In this document: positions 9,523 through 18,562 of the stretch, in pieces
Layout of the letters: every line of letters starts with the position of its first letter
Position numbering within the stretch: position 1 is the first letter of the stretch
DNA from: Planctomycetota bacterium
GTDB lineage: Bacteria > Planctomycetota > UBA8108 > SXIK01
DNA: 64,000 bases
Assembly (NCBI GenBank): GCA_965223845.1
Contig: CBDCXR010000004.1
Location: forward strand, 6,336,001 to 6,400,000
Direction: 5' to 3'
Made by a program: the position numbers and the translations under genes
The notes under the pieces: generated by a model
The model's database searches: none
The model's input: only the letters and a program-made list of their open reading frames with translations
What the model was told of the DNA's origin: nothing

Positions 9523-9744
9523 CTTGTGTGCCTCTGTGAACAAGAGGCCGTCCTTTCAAGATCGAGTGGCGGAAGTGCGCGATCGCGCTCTCGATACGAT
9601 ACGAAACCGGCCGTTCGTCGAGCAACAGGCGCTCGTTCGATGAAGAAGCGGCGCGGACGGGATCGAGCCGTCGAGCGTCGAGCGCGGTAGATTCTCGTCC
9701 GCCGCAGGGGATACGATCGCGGCTCCACTTCACGAGCGCCTCTC

Positions 9745-11262
9745 ATGCCCACTAGCGACGACTCCGCCCCCGAATCTCCGGAACCAGACCTGAACGATGC
9801 GGTCGCGACGTCATCGGACGCCGCGCAGAGCTCGTCTTGGTTCCGGCTGCTCGGGGACGCGCTCGCCGGCGTTCAGCACGACTACACTCGCGGGAGCCTC
9901 CCCCGCGCGATCAGCCTTCTCGCGGTGCCGATGGTCCTCGAGATGGTCATGGAGTCCACTTTCGCGATCGTCGACGTCTACTGCGTGAGCCAGCTCGGCG
10001 ACGACGCGGTCGCGACGATCGGACTCACCGAATCCGTACTCACGCTCGTCTTCGCGTTCGCCATCGGTTTCGCCATGGCGACGACGGCTCTCGTCGCCCG
10101 GCGCGTCGGCGAAAAGAACTACGAGGGCGCGAGAAGCGGTGCCAAGCAGGCGATGCTCCTCGGCGCGATCTTCGGGCTCGTGACGGGAGTCCCGGCGGTC
10201 GTCTTCGGACCGGAGATCCTCGCGCTCATGGGCGCGAGTGACGGGGTGCTCGAGACCGGCACGGGGTATACGCGCGTCCTCCTCGGATCGAACATCGTCG
10301 TCGTTCTCCTCTTCATCGGGAACGCGATCTTTCGCGGTGCGGGCGATCCGTTCACTGCGATGAAGGCGCTCTGGCTCGCGAACGGAATCAACATCGTGCT
10401 CGATCCGTGCTTCATCTTCGGCTGGGGGCCGTTCCCCGAGCTGGGGGTCACCGGCGCGGCGGTCGCGAGCACGATCGGGCGCGGCTCGGGAGTCGTGTTC
10501 CTTTTTCTGACTCTGCAAAAGGGACGCGGACACCTCCGGCTCCGTGGACGTTGGCGCGTCGAGCCGAACGTGATGCGAGAGCTCGTTCGCCTCTCCTACG
10601 GCGGCGTGAGCCAATTCCTCATCGCGACGGCGAGCTGGGTCGTCCTCATGAAGATGGTCTCGCCGTTCGGGAGCACCGTCGTCGCGGGTTACACGATTGC
10701 TATTCGCATCGTCGTCTTCGCGTTTCTTCCGTCGTGGGGGCTCAGCAACGCCGCGGCGACGCTCGTCGGACAGAATCTCGGCGCGAAGCAACCGGACCGA
10801 GCCGAGAGATCCGTGTGGATCACCGGTTGGTGGAACATGGTCTTCCTTTCGGTCGTGACGATCGTTTTCGAGGTTTGGGCGCCCCTCCTGATCGGATTCT
10901 TCGCCGAGAGCGAGGCGACGGCCGAAGCGGGGGTCGTCGCGCTCCGCATCCTCGCATCGGGATTCGTCTTCTACTCGTGGGGCCTCGTGCTGATCCAGGC
11001 CTTCAACGGCGCGGGAGATACGGCGACACCGACGCGGATCAACCTCGTCTGCTTCTGGTGCGCGCAGATCCCTTCAGCGTATATCCTCTCGCAGCACGCC
11101 GGCTGGGGACCGCAGGGCGTCTACTGGGCGGTGCCGGGAGCGGAGGCGATTCTCACCGTGATCGCGTTCCAGATCTTCCGCCGCGGGCGGTGGAAGGAGA
11201 CGCAAGTCGGCGGCACCGAGACGAACGGCGAGGAGGGGGACGTGGCGGCGGAGCGGTCGTAA
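9745..11262 (+). CDS. MATE family efflux transporter
   Basis: About 12 TM; LAVPMVLEMVMES, IFRGAGD, NIVLDPCFIFG, LGVTGAAVA, VGQNLGA. Confidence 0.93.
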   Translation: MPTSDDSAPESPEPDLNDAVATSSDAAQSSSWFRLLGDALAGVQHDYTRGSLPRAISLLAVPMVLEMVMESTFAIVDVYCVSQLGDDAVATIGLTESVLTLVFAFAIGFAMATTALVARRVGEKNYEGARSGAKQAMLLGAIFGLVTGVPAVVFGPEILALMGASDGVLETGTGYTRVLLGSNIVVVLLFIGNAIFRGAGDPFTAMKALWLANGINIVLDPCFIFGWGPFPELGVTGAAVASTIGRGSGVVFLFLTLQKGRGHLRLRGRWRVEPNVMRELVRLSYGGVSQFLIATASWVVLMKMVSPFGSTVVAGYTIAIRIVVFAFLPSWGLSNAAATLVGQNLGAKQPDRAERSVWITGWWNMVFLSVVTIVFEVWAPLLIGFFAESEATAEAGVVALRILASGFVFYSWGLVLIQAFNGAGDTATPTRINLVCFWCAQIPSAYILSQHAGWGPQGVYWAVPGAEAILTVIAFQIFRRGRWKETQVGGTETNGEEGDVAAERS

Positions 11263-11410
11263 TCCTTCGATCCACCGGGCGCGGCGAAGTACGGTGGGCG
11301 GCAATCAGCCGCCGCGTTCGCATGCTCCGTTGGGTCTATCCCGGATTTCTCACCGGACTCGGTGAGCGAAGCGGCGAGACTTCGCAGGGCAAGAAGGTTG
11401 TTGATCGAGG

Positions 11411-11707
11411 ATGCACCCTCTCGTCCAAGTCATCGTCGTTCTGATCTTCGGTGCGTTCTTCATCTGGGCGCTCGTTCCGAAGCCCGTCTTCGTCATCGCG
11501 ATTCGGAACGGCGAGATCCTCGTGAAGAAGGGAAAGGTGCCGCACCAGTTTCTTCGCTTCTGTCTCGAGCTCGCGGAGGCCGAGGGTCTTCCCGATTCGA
11601 CCATTCGAGGCTTTCGCGCCGCCCGCGGAATCGGCCTGAGATTCTCTCGCAGCCTGCCGCATGAGTATCACCAACGACTGCGCAACAGTTGGTCCTCGCA
11701 CGGATAG
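11411..11707 (+). CDS. Small membrane-anchored protein, DUF3634-like
   Basis: N-terminal TM, then FVIAIRNG...GKVP..FL...LRFSRSLP..YHQRLRN.W; GAGG RBS. Confidence 0.7.
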   Translation: MHPLVQVIVVLIFGAFFIWALVPKPVFVIAIRNGEILVKKGKVPHQFLRFCLELAEAEGLPDSTIRGFRAARGIGLRFSRSLPHEYHQRLRNSWSSHG

Positions 11708-11835
11708 TCGAAATCGACTCGTTCCTCGTGCGGCACTCACCCACCCACCCACACCCTCTCTCTCTGCTTCCTCTCCCTTCGCGGCCCCTTCGCGCACTTC
11801 GAGTGCAACTCTTCGCCCCGAGCAGACCATACGTC

Positions 11836-14319
11836 TCAAACCCGAAACTCGATCGCCAGTCCCAACTCGAGCGGATCGAAAAGCTCGGGATGCGTCGGAA
11901 ACAGCCGCAGCGACGTCGACCCCGGTGAGCGCCCGCGGAGGACACCCGCGACGCGAATCCGGTAGAGCCCCGGCCCGAGCTCCTTTTCGATCGTGATCCC
12001 GTGCGCATCGCCCTTTTCGTCTAGGCACACGAGGTACGCGGGATCGATTCCACCGAGATAAGCTTCGCCGCGCCAGCTTCCCTTCGGTCCGGCCTCCCCG
12101 CCTCGAAGGTGGACGGTCGACCAGCTCGCCCCGACGCGCTCCGCCCAGCCGGTGAGATCGCGGGCGACCCGTCCGCGCTGCGCCCCGACCCTTCGGCCGT
12201 ACGCCGCCGCCGGCTTGTAGAACCGTTCGGCGTACTCGACGACCATTCGGTTGCTGCTGAACTCGGGGACTAGCTTCACCATCGAAGCCTTCACCTTCTT
12301 GAGCCACGCGGCGGGGATGCCCGTACTCGTTCGGTCGTAGTAAAGCGGAACGACCTCCTTCTCGAGGACGCGGTAGAGATCGCGGACGTCGTCTTCGTCT
12401 TGCTCGTCCGGGTCGTCGTAGGGGACGGGACGGCCGAAAGCCCAGCCCGTATCCTCCGCGTAGCCTTCTTCCCACCAGCCGTCGAGGATGCTGACGTTCA
12501 GGCCTGCGTTCACCGGAACTTTCTGTCCGCTCGTCCCGCTCGCCTCGAGAGGCCGGCGCGGATTGTTGAGCCACACGTCGACGCCGCGCACCATGTAGCG
12601 GCAGACTTCGGTGTCGTAGTTCTCGAGCACGACGACGCGACCCCGAAACTCTCGCCGGCGCGCGAGGCGAGCGACCTCTTCGTAGAGTCGCTTTCCTTCC
12701 GGGTCTTCGGGATGCGGCTTCCCCGCGAAGATGATTTGCACCGGGCGCCGCTTTGATCCGAAGATCTTGGCCGCGCGCTTCACGTCGCGGAAGATCAGAG
12801 CCGCACGCTTGTAGAGTGCGAATCGGCGAGCGAAGCCGATCGTAAACGCGTCCGGGTCGAGGAGCTTTTCGACGTGCGCGCGTCGCCGCTTCTCGCTCCA
12901 CCCTTCGCGTGCGAGTCGCGCGTCCTCGCGAGCGCGAACGAACTCGACGAGGTCACGCTTCAGCTTCTCTTTCGCGCGCCACAATGCCGCGTTCGGGATC
13001 TTTCGCGCGCCGGCGAACGACTTCGGGTCCGAGCTGCTCAGCCGAGCGGCCCAGTCTGCGCCGACGTGCTCGGCGAGAAGGTCTTCGATCTCCGGAGCGA
13101 CCCAATCGGCCGTGTGAACGCCGTTCGTCACGGAGCTGATCGGCGTCTCTTCGTCGAGACAGGAGGGCCAGAGGAACGACCACATCGATCGTGCCACCGC
13201 GCCGTGGAGCGCGCTCACGCCGTTTCGAAGTCGAGAGAGGCGCAGTGCGAGCACGGTCATGCTGAACACGGGAGTCCCGTCGCTCGAATGATCGAGTCCG
13301 AGATCGAGGAAATCGTCGATCGCGAGTCCGGCGCGCTCCGCGTAGTCCGCGAGGTAGGCGCGGACGAGCGCGGGATCGAACACCTCGTTCCCTTCGGGAA
13401 CCGGCGTGTGCGTCGTGAACACCGTGTCCGCGGCGATCGCTTCGAGACCCTCGGGCGGCGTGAGATCGCTCTCGCGACGGACGCGCTCGAGCCTCTCGAG
13501 AGCGAGGAAGGCGACGTGTCCCTCGTTGAGGTGCCAGACGCTCGGTGAGATGCCGAGAGCCTCGAGTGCGCGTACACCGCCGATCCCGAGGAGGACCTCC
13601 TGGCGGATGCGGTCCTCGCGTGTACCGCCGTAGAGATAGTGCGTGATCGACCGGTGCCGCGGCTTGTTCTCAGGAATGTCGGTGTCGAGGAGGTAGAGCG
13701 GAACCTGGCCGACCTCGATCTTCCAGACTTTCGCGCGGACGACACCGTCGGGGAGCTCGACGGCGACGCGCAGCTCGGAGCGCCCCGTGCGCACGGGCGA
13801 CGCGGGGATCGTCTCGAAGTCGAGACGCGGGTAGAGGACCTTCATCTCTCCGCCCGACGTGAGGTGCTGGCGAAAGTAGCCGCGGCGATAGAGGATGCCC
13901 ACGCCGACGAGCGGCACGCCTTCTTCACTCGTCGATTTCAGGTGGTCACCGGCGAGGATGCCGAGCCCGCCCGCGTAGATCGGGAGCGACTCGTGGAGGC
14001 CAAACTCCATCGAGAAGTACGCGACGGGCTTCTTCCACGACATCGATGGGATCTTCGAGCGTGGTTTTCGCGCCGCGCGGAACCGCCGGAGGACGGATCG
14101 GCAGAGACGCATCGTCTCGGCGTCGCCGCCGAGGCCTTTCAGCACTCGCGGGGAGAGGGAGCGCGCGAGGGCGAGGGGATTCCGCGCGAGATCGCTCGCC
14201 CGCCGCGGCGACGCCGCGTGCGCGACGCGACGCCAGAGCTCGCGCGCGTCGTTGTTCCAGCTCCACCAGAGATTCCCCGCGAGCTCCTCGAGCTCGCCCG
14301 CCAGCTTGTGCGGCTCCAT
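11836..14319 (-). CDS. glgP: Alpha-glucan (glycogen/maltodextrin) phosphorylase
   Basis: NLWWSW, YFSMEFG..YAGGLGILAGDHLK, HLNEGH, FTTHTPV, TNGVH, FARRFALYKR and the PLP-lysine motif EASGTSGQK. ATG 14319 has GGAGG upstream. Confidence 0.95.
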   Translation of the reverse strand: MEPHKLAGELEELAGNLWWSWNNDARELWRRVAHAASPRRASDLARNPLALARSLSPRVLKGLGGDAETMRLCRSVLRRFRAARKPRSKIPSMSWKKPVAYFSMEFGLHESLPIYAGGLGILAGDHLKSTSEEGVPLVGVGILYRRGYFRQHLTSGGEMKVLYPRLDFETIPASPVRTGRSELRVAVELPDGVVRAKVWKIEVGQVPLYLLDTDIPENKPRHRSITHYLYGGTREDRIRQEVLLGIGGVRALEALGISPSVWHLNEGHVAFLALERLERVRRESDLTPPEGLEAIAADTVFTTHTPVPEGNEVFDPALVRAYLADYAERAGLAIDDFLDLGLDHSSDGTPVFSMTVLALRLSRLRNGVSALHGAVARSMWSFLWPSCLDEETPISSVTNGVHTADWVAPEIEDLLAEHVGADWAARLSSSDPKSFAGARKIPNAALWRAKEKLKRDLVEFVRAREDARLAREGWSEKRRRAHVEKLLDPDAFTIGFARRFALYKRAALIFRDVKRAAKIFGSKRRPVQIIFAGKPHPEDPEGKRLYEEVARLARRREFRGRVVVLENYDTEVCRYMVRGVDVWLNNPRRPLEASGTSGQKVPVNAGLNVSILDGWWEEGYAEDTGWAFGRPVPYDDPDEQDEDDVRDLYRVLEKEVVPLYYDRTSTGIPAAWLKKVKASMVKLVPEFSSNRMVVEYAERFYKPAAAYGRRVGAQRGRVARDLTGWAERVGASWSTVHLRGGEAGPKGSWRGEAYLGGIDPAYLVCLDEKGDAHGITIEKELGPGLYRIRVAGVLRGRSPGSTSLRLFPTHPELFDPLELGLAIEFRV

Positions 14320-14482
14320 CGCCGTCACCTCCCCCCGATCTCTCGCGCTCGCGTTTTCCGAGCCCCGGACGATGCGATGCCGAGCGCGCCGCACACGCAT
14401 ATCGGATGTTCGGGGCTTCGAAGGGTCGAACTTGAACGGATTCCGCCCGGTGAGAAGCCGGCACGGAACGGCGAGGTCCGGA

Positions 14483-14521
14483 ACACAAACACGCCGGCGG
14501 TCCGAAGGGGACCGCCGGCGT
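14483..14521 (-). terminator. Intrinsic terminator downstream of the PEP-CTERM gene
   Basis: 13-bp stem acgccggcggtcc (14491-14503) / ggaccgccggcgt (14509-14521), followed on the minus strand by GTTTGTGTT. Confidence 0.65.
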
Positions 14522-14577
14522 CGAGTGTCGTAAGAATCGGCTGCCGAGATTGGATCTCGGCGCGCGTGGAGGGAGCC

Positions 14578-15222
14578 TCAGTCTTCCTGGCTTTCGGCCG
14601 CCTTCCGTCGCCGTCGCCGCGCCGCGAACGCGCCGAACGCGAGCGAGACACCGCCGAGTACCATCGTTCCGGGCTCGGGCATCGCGACCGCCGTGACGAA
14701 GCTCTCGCGGAAGCCGCCTTCGAACTCCTTCACGTGGAGCCCGACGCGGAGCGCGCCATCGCGAAGCGCCGCGAGGACGTCGTCGAAGTCGCCGCCGTTC
14801 ACCTGAAAGAGGGCGCCGAGCTTCTCGCCGGTGTTCACGCGGCCTTCGATGGTCTCGGCACGCGAGCGGAACGACTCCTGAAAGTCGACGGCGTCGCCGC
14901 CCGGGAGGTCCAACATTCCGCCCTCGCGGAACTCGACCGCGGGCGGGGAGTTGTGGAATTCTGCGAACGAGAGGAGACCGCTGCGATCGTCCAGCATGAA
15001 GTTGTGGACGGCCATTCGATACTGACCATCGTTGCAGATGTTGAAGAGGACGAGGCCGTCCCCTGCGTCGGTGATCTCGACGCTCAGCTGAGCTTCGCCC
15101 GCGGCGATCGCGTTGCCGCTCGGGTCGCCGTAGGGATTGGTGATGCCGTGGAGGCCAAAGGTCTCGGCGGCTGCTGGCGTTGCGACCAGGGTCAGCGCCG
15201 CGAGCATGAGAACAGAACGCAT
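14578..15222 (-). CDS. PEP-CTERM sorting-domain protein
   Basis: Signal peptide MRSVLMLAALTLVATPAAA; C-terminal MPEPGT + TM + RRRRRK; AAGGAG RBS before ATG 15222. Confidence 0.9.
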   Translation of the reverse strand: MRSVLMLAALTLVATPAAAETFGLHGITNPYGDPSGNAIAAGEAQLSVEITDAGDGLVLFNICNDGQYRMAVHNFMLDDRSGLLSFAEFHNSPPAVEFREGGMLDLPGGDAVDFQESFRSRAETIEGRVNTGEKLGALFQVNGGDFDDVLAALRDGALRVGLHVKEFEGGFRESFVTAVAMPEPGTMVLGGVSLAFGAFAARRRRRKAAESQED

Positions 15223-15474
15223 CGAGGGCTCCTTGAAAACAGGGGGCGAGAGGGAGAGATCTGGTGGATAGTCTCCCACTTCCAACTCCCGTACCTGACT
15301 CAGGGATCTCCCGATAGTTTCTCTAACTGATTCTGAAGCTGTGGTTTAGGGCGCACGGGATCGATGGCAGCGAGCGCCGGTGGTCTCCGGCGGCCTGTCG
15401 AGATGTCCATGTTCGGTACAGTGCTGGAATCGGAACACTCGAGGGCCCCCGGTGCGCCCGGGGCGGATGTACAC

Positions 15475-15518
15475 AAAGAAAACGGGCGGGAAGACGATCG
15501 AAATCGCCTTCCCGCCCG
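15475..15518 (-). terminator. Intrinsic terminator downstream of the Cys-rich repeat gene
   Basis: Minus-strand hairpin cgggcgggaaggcgat-ttcg-atcgtcttcccgcccg followed by TTTTCTTT. Confidence 0.8.
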
Positions 15519-15550
15519 CTACCGGTCTTCCGGCCCGGAACTCGACGTGA

Positions 15551-18016
15551 TCAGTCGTCGCAAAGAAGCCCGTCGGCAGTTGGATCGAACCCTTCGTCGT
15601 GGGGCGGGGGGAGTCCCGGCCCGTCGGCGGCGAAGAGGTTGAGCAACTTCCGAAGCGCATCTGAGATATCGACGACACCGTCGTCGTTCGCGTCGGCCGC
15701 GTCGTTGCAGAAGGGGCCCTGCTGTGACTGGAAGAGACGCCCGAGCGTCGCGAGAACGTCGGCGATGTTCACGGCGCGGTCCCGATTCGAATCGCCGCGG
15801 CGGAACCGGAAGTCCGCGAGATCGAGAACGACCTCTTCTTCGCCGCAGTGTTCGGCGAGACGATCCTCACACTGCATGAGGAAATCTTCGGCACGTGAAC
15901 GGCAGCGCTCTTCGTCACCGCCGGCGGCGACGCAGCGGTCGAACACCGCCGCGGCACCCTCGGTGCAGTCGAAGTCGCAGGGATGCGGCGGCTCCGGCTC
16001 TTCGCACCGCTCGGCGCACCGCGCGAGGAACTCGGCCGTCGCGGCCTCGCACTCCTCATCGGTGCCGCCCTCTTCGGCGCAGTGAGCCCGGAACGCTTCT
16101 CCGGCGCGCGCGCAGCGCTCTTCGCAGGTCGGCGGTTCGGGATCGCCGGGATCGTCGTCGCAGTGCGCGAGGCAGGCTTCGAGCCGCTCGTTGACGAGGT
16201 TCCGGCAGCGGCGCTCGGCCATTCGAAGACACTCGTCTCGGTCGCCGCCGTTCTCAACGCATTCCTTTACCGCATCCTCGGCGACGTCGCGGCAGCGCGC
16301 GAGCTCGAGGCGGGCGCGATGCGCACAGCGGTGCTCGCACGGCTCGGGCCGCACGCAGTTCGTGCTCACGCACTCGCGGAGGACGTGGAGGGCGCGTCGG
16401 CGACACTCGGACGGTTCGTGTCCCGACGAGGTGCACTCGGAGAACACCTCCCGAGCGACGCGCTGGCACCGGTGCACGCAGCGGTGACGCGCACCGTGCT
16501 CGCAGTGGTGGAGGCAGCGCTCGAGAACCGAGCGGCCGCGCGCCGCGCAGCGTTCGGGATCGCCGCCGTTCTCGATGCAGAGCTCGACGTAGTGACGCGC
16601 CCGTCGCTCGCAGCGTTCGCCGCACGTCGGGGGCTCGGTTGGCGGTTCGTCGCACGCCTCGCGGCAAGCGGCGACCACGGCTCTCGCCCGCTCCGCGCAT
16701 TCTTCGTCGACGGTGCCGTCGTCTCGCGTGCACTCGAGTGCGAGTCTTTCGGCGAGTCGATCGCAGCGCTCGTCGCAGCTCGGTGGCTCGGGGTTTTCGC
16801 ACGCGTGGCGGCACCGGCGGTAAAAGTGACGCGCCTTCATCGCGCACTCGTCGGGTTCGCCGCCGTCGGCGATGCACTTCTCGAGGATTTCGCGCGCCGC
16901 GTTGCCGCATCGCAAGTCGCAGGGTCGCGGCGGGTGATCGCAGTTCGACGAGCACTCCTCGAGGATTTCGCCGGCCTTCTCTCGGCATTCGGCGGGCTCG
17001 CCGCCGTCCTCGATGCACGCCGCGAAGAAACGGCGCGCGCGATGGCGGCAGGCCTCGTCGCACGACGGCGGTTCATTCGGGTCGCAACCCTCGATGCAGT
17101 GCTTGAGGAGCTCGCGTCCCCGCTCGGCGCACGTATCCGGTTCGCCACCTTCTTCGACGCACTTCGCGACGAAGTTTCGGACGCGGATGATGCAGTGCTC
17201 TTCGCAGGTCGGCGGCGGTGGTTCGCCGTTGCACCGGCGAAGGCAACCTTCGAGGACGGTTTCGTAGACGGCGGCGCACTCTTCGTCCGTGCCGCCCGCC
17301 GTCGCGCAGCGCTCGCGCGCTTCGGCGGCGATTTCGGTGCAGCGGGCGTCGCAGTCGATCGGCGGAGGCGGATCGCTGCAGAGCTTCACGCACTCTTCGA
17401 GCGAAGGAGCGAGGCGCTCGCGGCAGCGCTCGAGCTCTCCGCCCGCCCGGACGCAGCGCCGCACGGCTTCTTCGAAAGCCTGCCGGCACGCGTCTTCGCA
17501 GCTCGGCGGTTCGTCCCGGCACTCGGGGAGGCACGCTTCGAGCGTCTCGGTGTAGATCCTGCGGCAGCGCTCGGCCGAACCGCCGGCTTCGCGGCACTCG
17601 GCGGCCGCGCGGGCCGCGGCGTCGTAGCAGCGCTCCTTGCACGTCCGCGTGTCGCAGTGATCGGAGCACGCGGCGAGGGTCGCGTTGTAGATCTCGGCGC
17701 ACTGATCTTCCGTGCCGCCGTCCTCGGCGCAGGCTGCGCGCGCCGCTTCGGCGCGCGCTTCGCACACCGCCTTACAGTCGATCGGAACCGGGTCCGGGTC
17801 GGGCTCCCCGGTAGCATCGAGGCAGCGCGCGAGAAGTTCTTCTGCGGCCGCTCTGCACTCGTCTTCCGCGCCACCGTCGGCGACGCAGTGCTCGAAGCGC
17901 TCGTCGGCGAGCTGCGCGCAGCGTTCCGGGTCGATGACGACGTTCCAGTCGGCTCTCGCCGCGGTCGTGAGACCGCCGAGAAAGAGCGCGACGAGGCAAC
18001 AACTCAATCGTTTCAT
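15551..18016 (-). CDS. Secreted Cys-rich tandem-repeat protein with a C-terminal planctomycete-type dockerin-like (twin EF-hand) domain
   Basis: Signal peptide MKRLSCCLVALFLGGLTTAARA; ~14 repeats of C-x3-C-x10-C-x9-C-x10-C-x3-C with Pro-rich linkers; C-terminal FRRGDSNRDRAVNIAD...CNDAADANDDGVVDISD...GFDPTADGLLC. Confidence 0.88.
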   Translation of the reverse strand: MKRLSCCLVALFLGGLTTAARADWNVVIDPERCAQLADERFEHCVADGGAEDECRAAAEELLARCLDATGEPDPDPVPIDCKAVCEARAEAARAACAEDGGTEDQCAEIYNATLAACSDHCDTRTCKERCYDAAARAAAECREAGGSAERCRRIYTETLEACLPECRDEPPSCEDACRQAFEEAVRRCVRAGGELERCRERLAPSLEECVKLCSDPPPPIDCDARCTEIAAEARERCATAGGTDEECAAVYETVLEGCLRRCNGEPPPPTCEEHCIIRVRNFVAKCVEEGGEPDTCAERGRELLKHCIEGCDPNEPPSCDEACRHRARRFFAACIEDGGEPAECREKAGEILEECSSNCDHPPRPCDLRCGNAAREILEKCIADGGEPDECAMKARHFYRRCRHACENPEPPSCDERCDRLAERLALECTRDDGTVDEECAERARAVVAACREACDEPPTEPPTCGERCERRARHYVELCIENGGDPERCAARGRSVLERCLHHCEHGARHRCVHRCQRVAREVFSECTSSGHEPSECRRRALHVLRECVSTNCVRPEPCEHRCAHRARLELARCRDVAEDAVKECVENGGDRDECLRMAERRCRNLVNERLEACLAHCDDDPGDPEPPTCEERCARAGEAFRAHCAEEGGTDEECEAATAEFLARCAERCEEPEPPHPCDFDCTEGAAAVFDRCVAAGGDEERCRSRAEDFLMQCEDRLAEHCGEEEVVLDLADFRFRRGDSNRDRAVNIADVLATLGRLFQSQQGPFCNDAADANDDGVVDISDALRKLLNLFAADGPGLPPPHDEGFDPTADGLLCDD

Positions 18017-18562
18017 GGTGTTTGTCTCCGAAGGAATTCCTACCGCGCGTACGCGTGCAGCGTGCAGCGGGCGCGGCGGCTGATTCGCCGAGAGGGCGTC
18101 GGACCACCCGTGCGGCTTACCGCCTGGTTCCTGTCTTCCCGATACTCCAAGTCGTTCGTTCAGTCCGCGGCCCGGTCGGCACTCTCCGCGCTGAGAGGAC
18201 GCCGCGCTCCGTACGGCGATCGCGCCGCGCCGGAGCGTCCCGATCTGAGTTGCGAGCAACCGAGTCGACACTCGGCGGGAAGAAGCTGCTCGTCCGTTCC
18301 GCGTCGGCTCTCCGCCCCCAGACGGGCGATTTCCGACGCGCGGATCCGGCGTTCCAGACGTCCGCCGCGATCCGGGATGATCCCCAGACTTAAAACCCAG
18401 ACTGAGTCCTTATTACACCCCGGCGGACGCGGTTCGTCTACGCCATCCTGCGCGAGAACTCGCGCCGGACTGCGGAATCACCGGTCCGCGACCGGGCATG
18501 GGCGAACCAAGGTGAGGGCTCGTCCGGGCGATGTACGGTCTCCCGGGCCCCCCGCGCGACGA

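Noticed and set aside
11735-11790. Pyrimidine-rich low-complexity tract between convergent genes
   Set aside because: Short CACC/CT microrepeats with no structure or context supporting a function.
15551-18016. Multiheme cytochrome or Fe-S protein interpretation of the Cys-rich protein
   Set aside because: Cys spacing is CxxxC with no following His pattern, and the protein has a Sec signal, so disulfides are more plausible.
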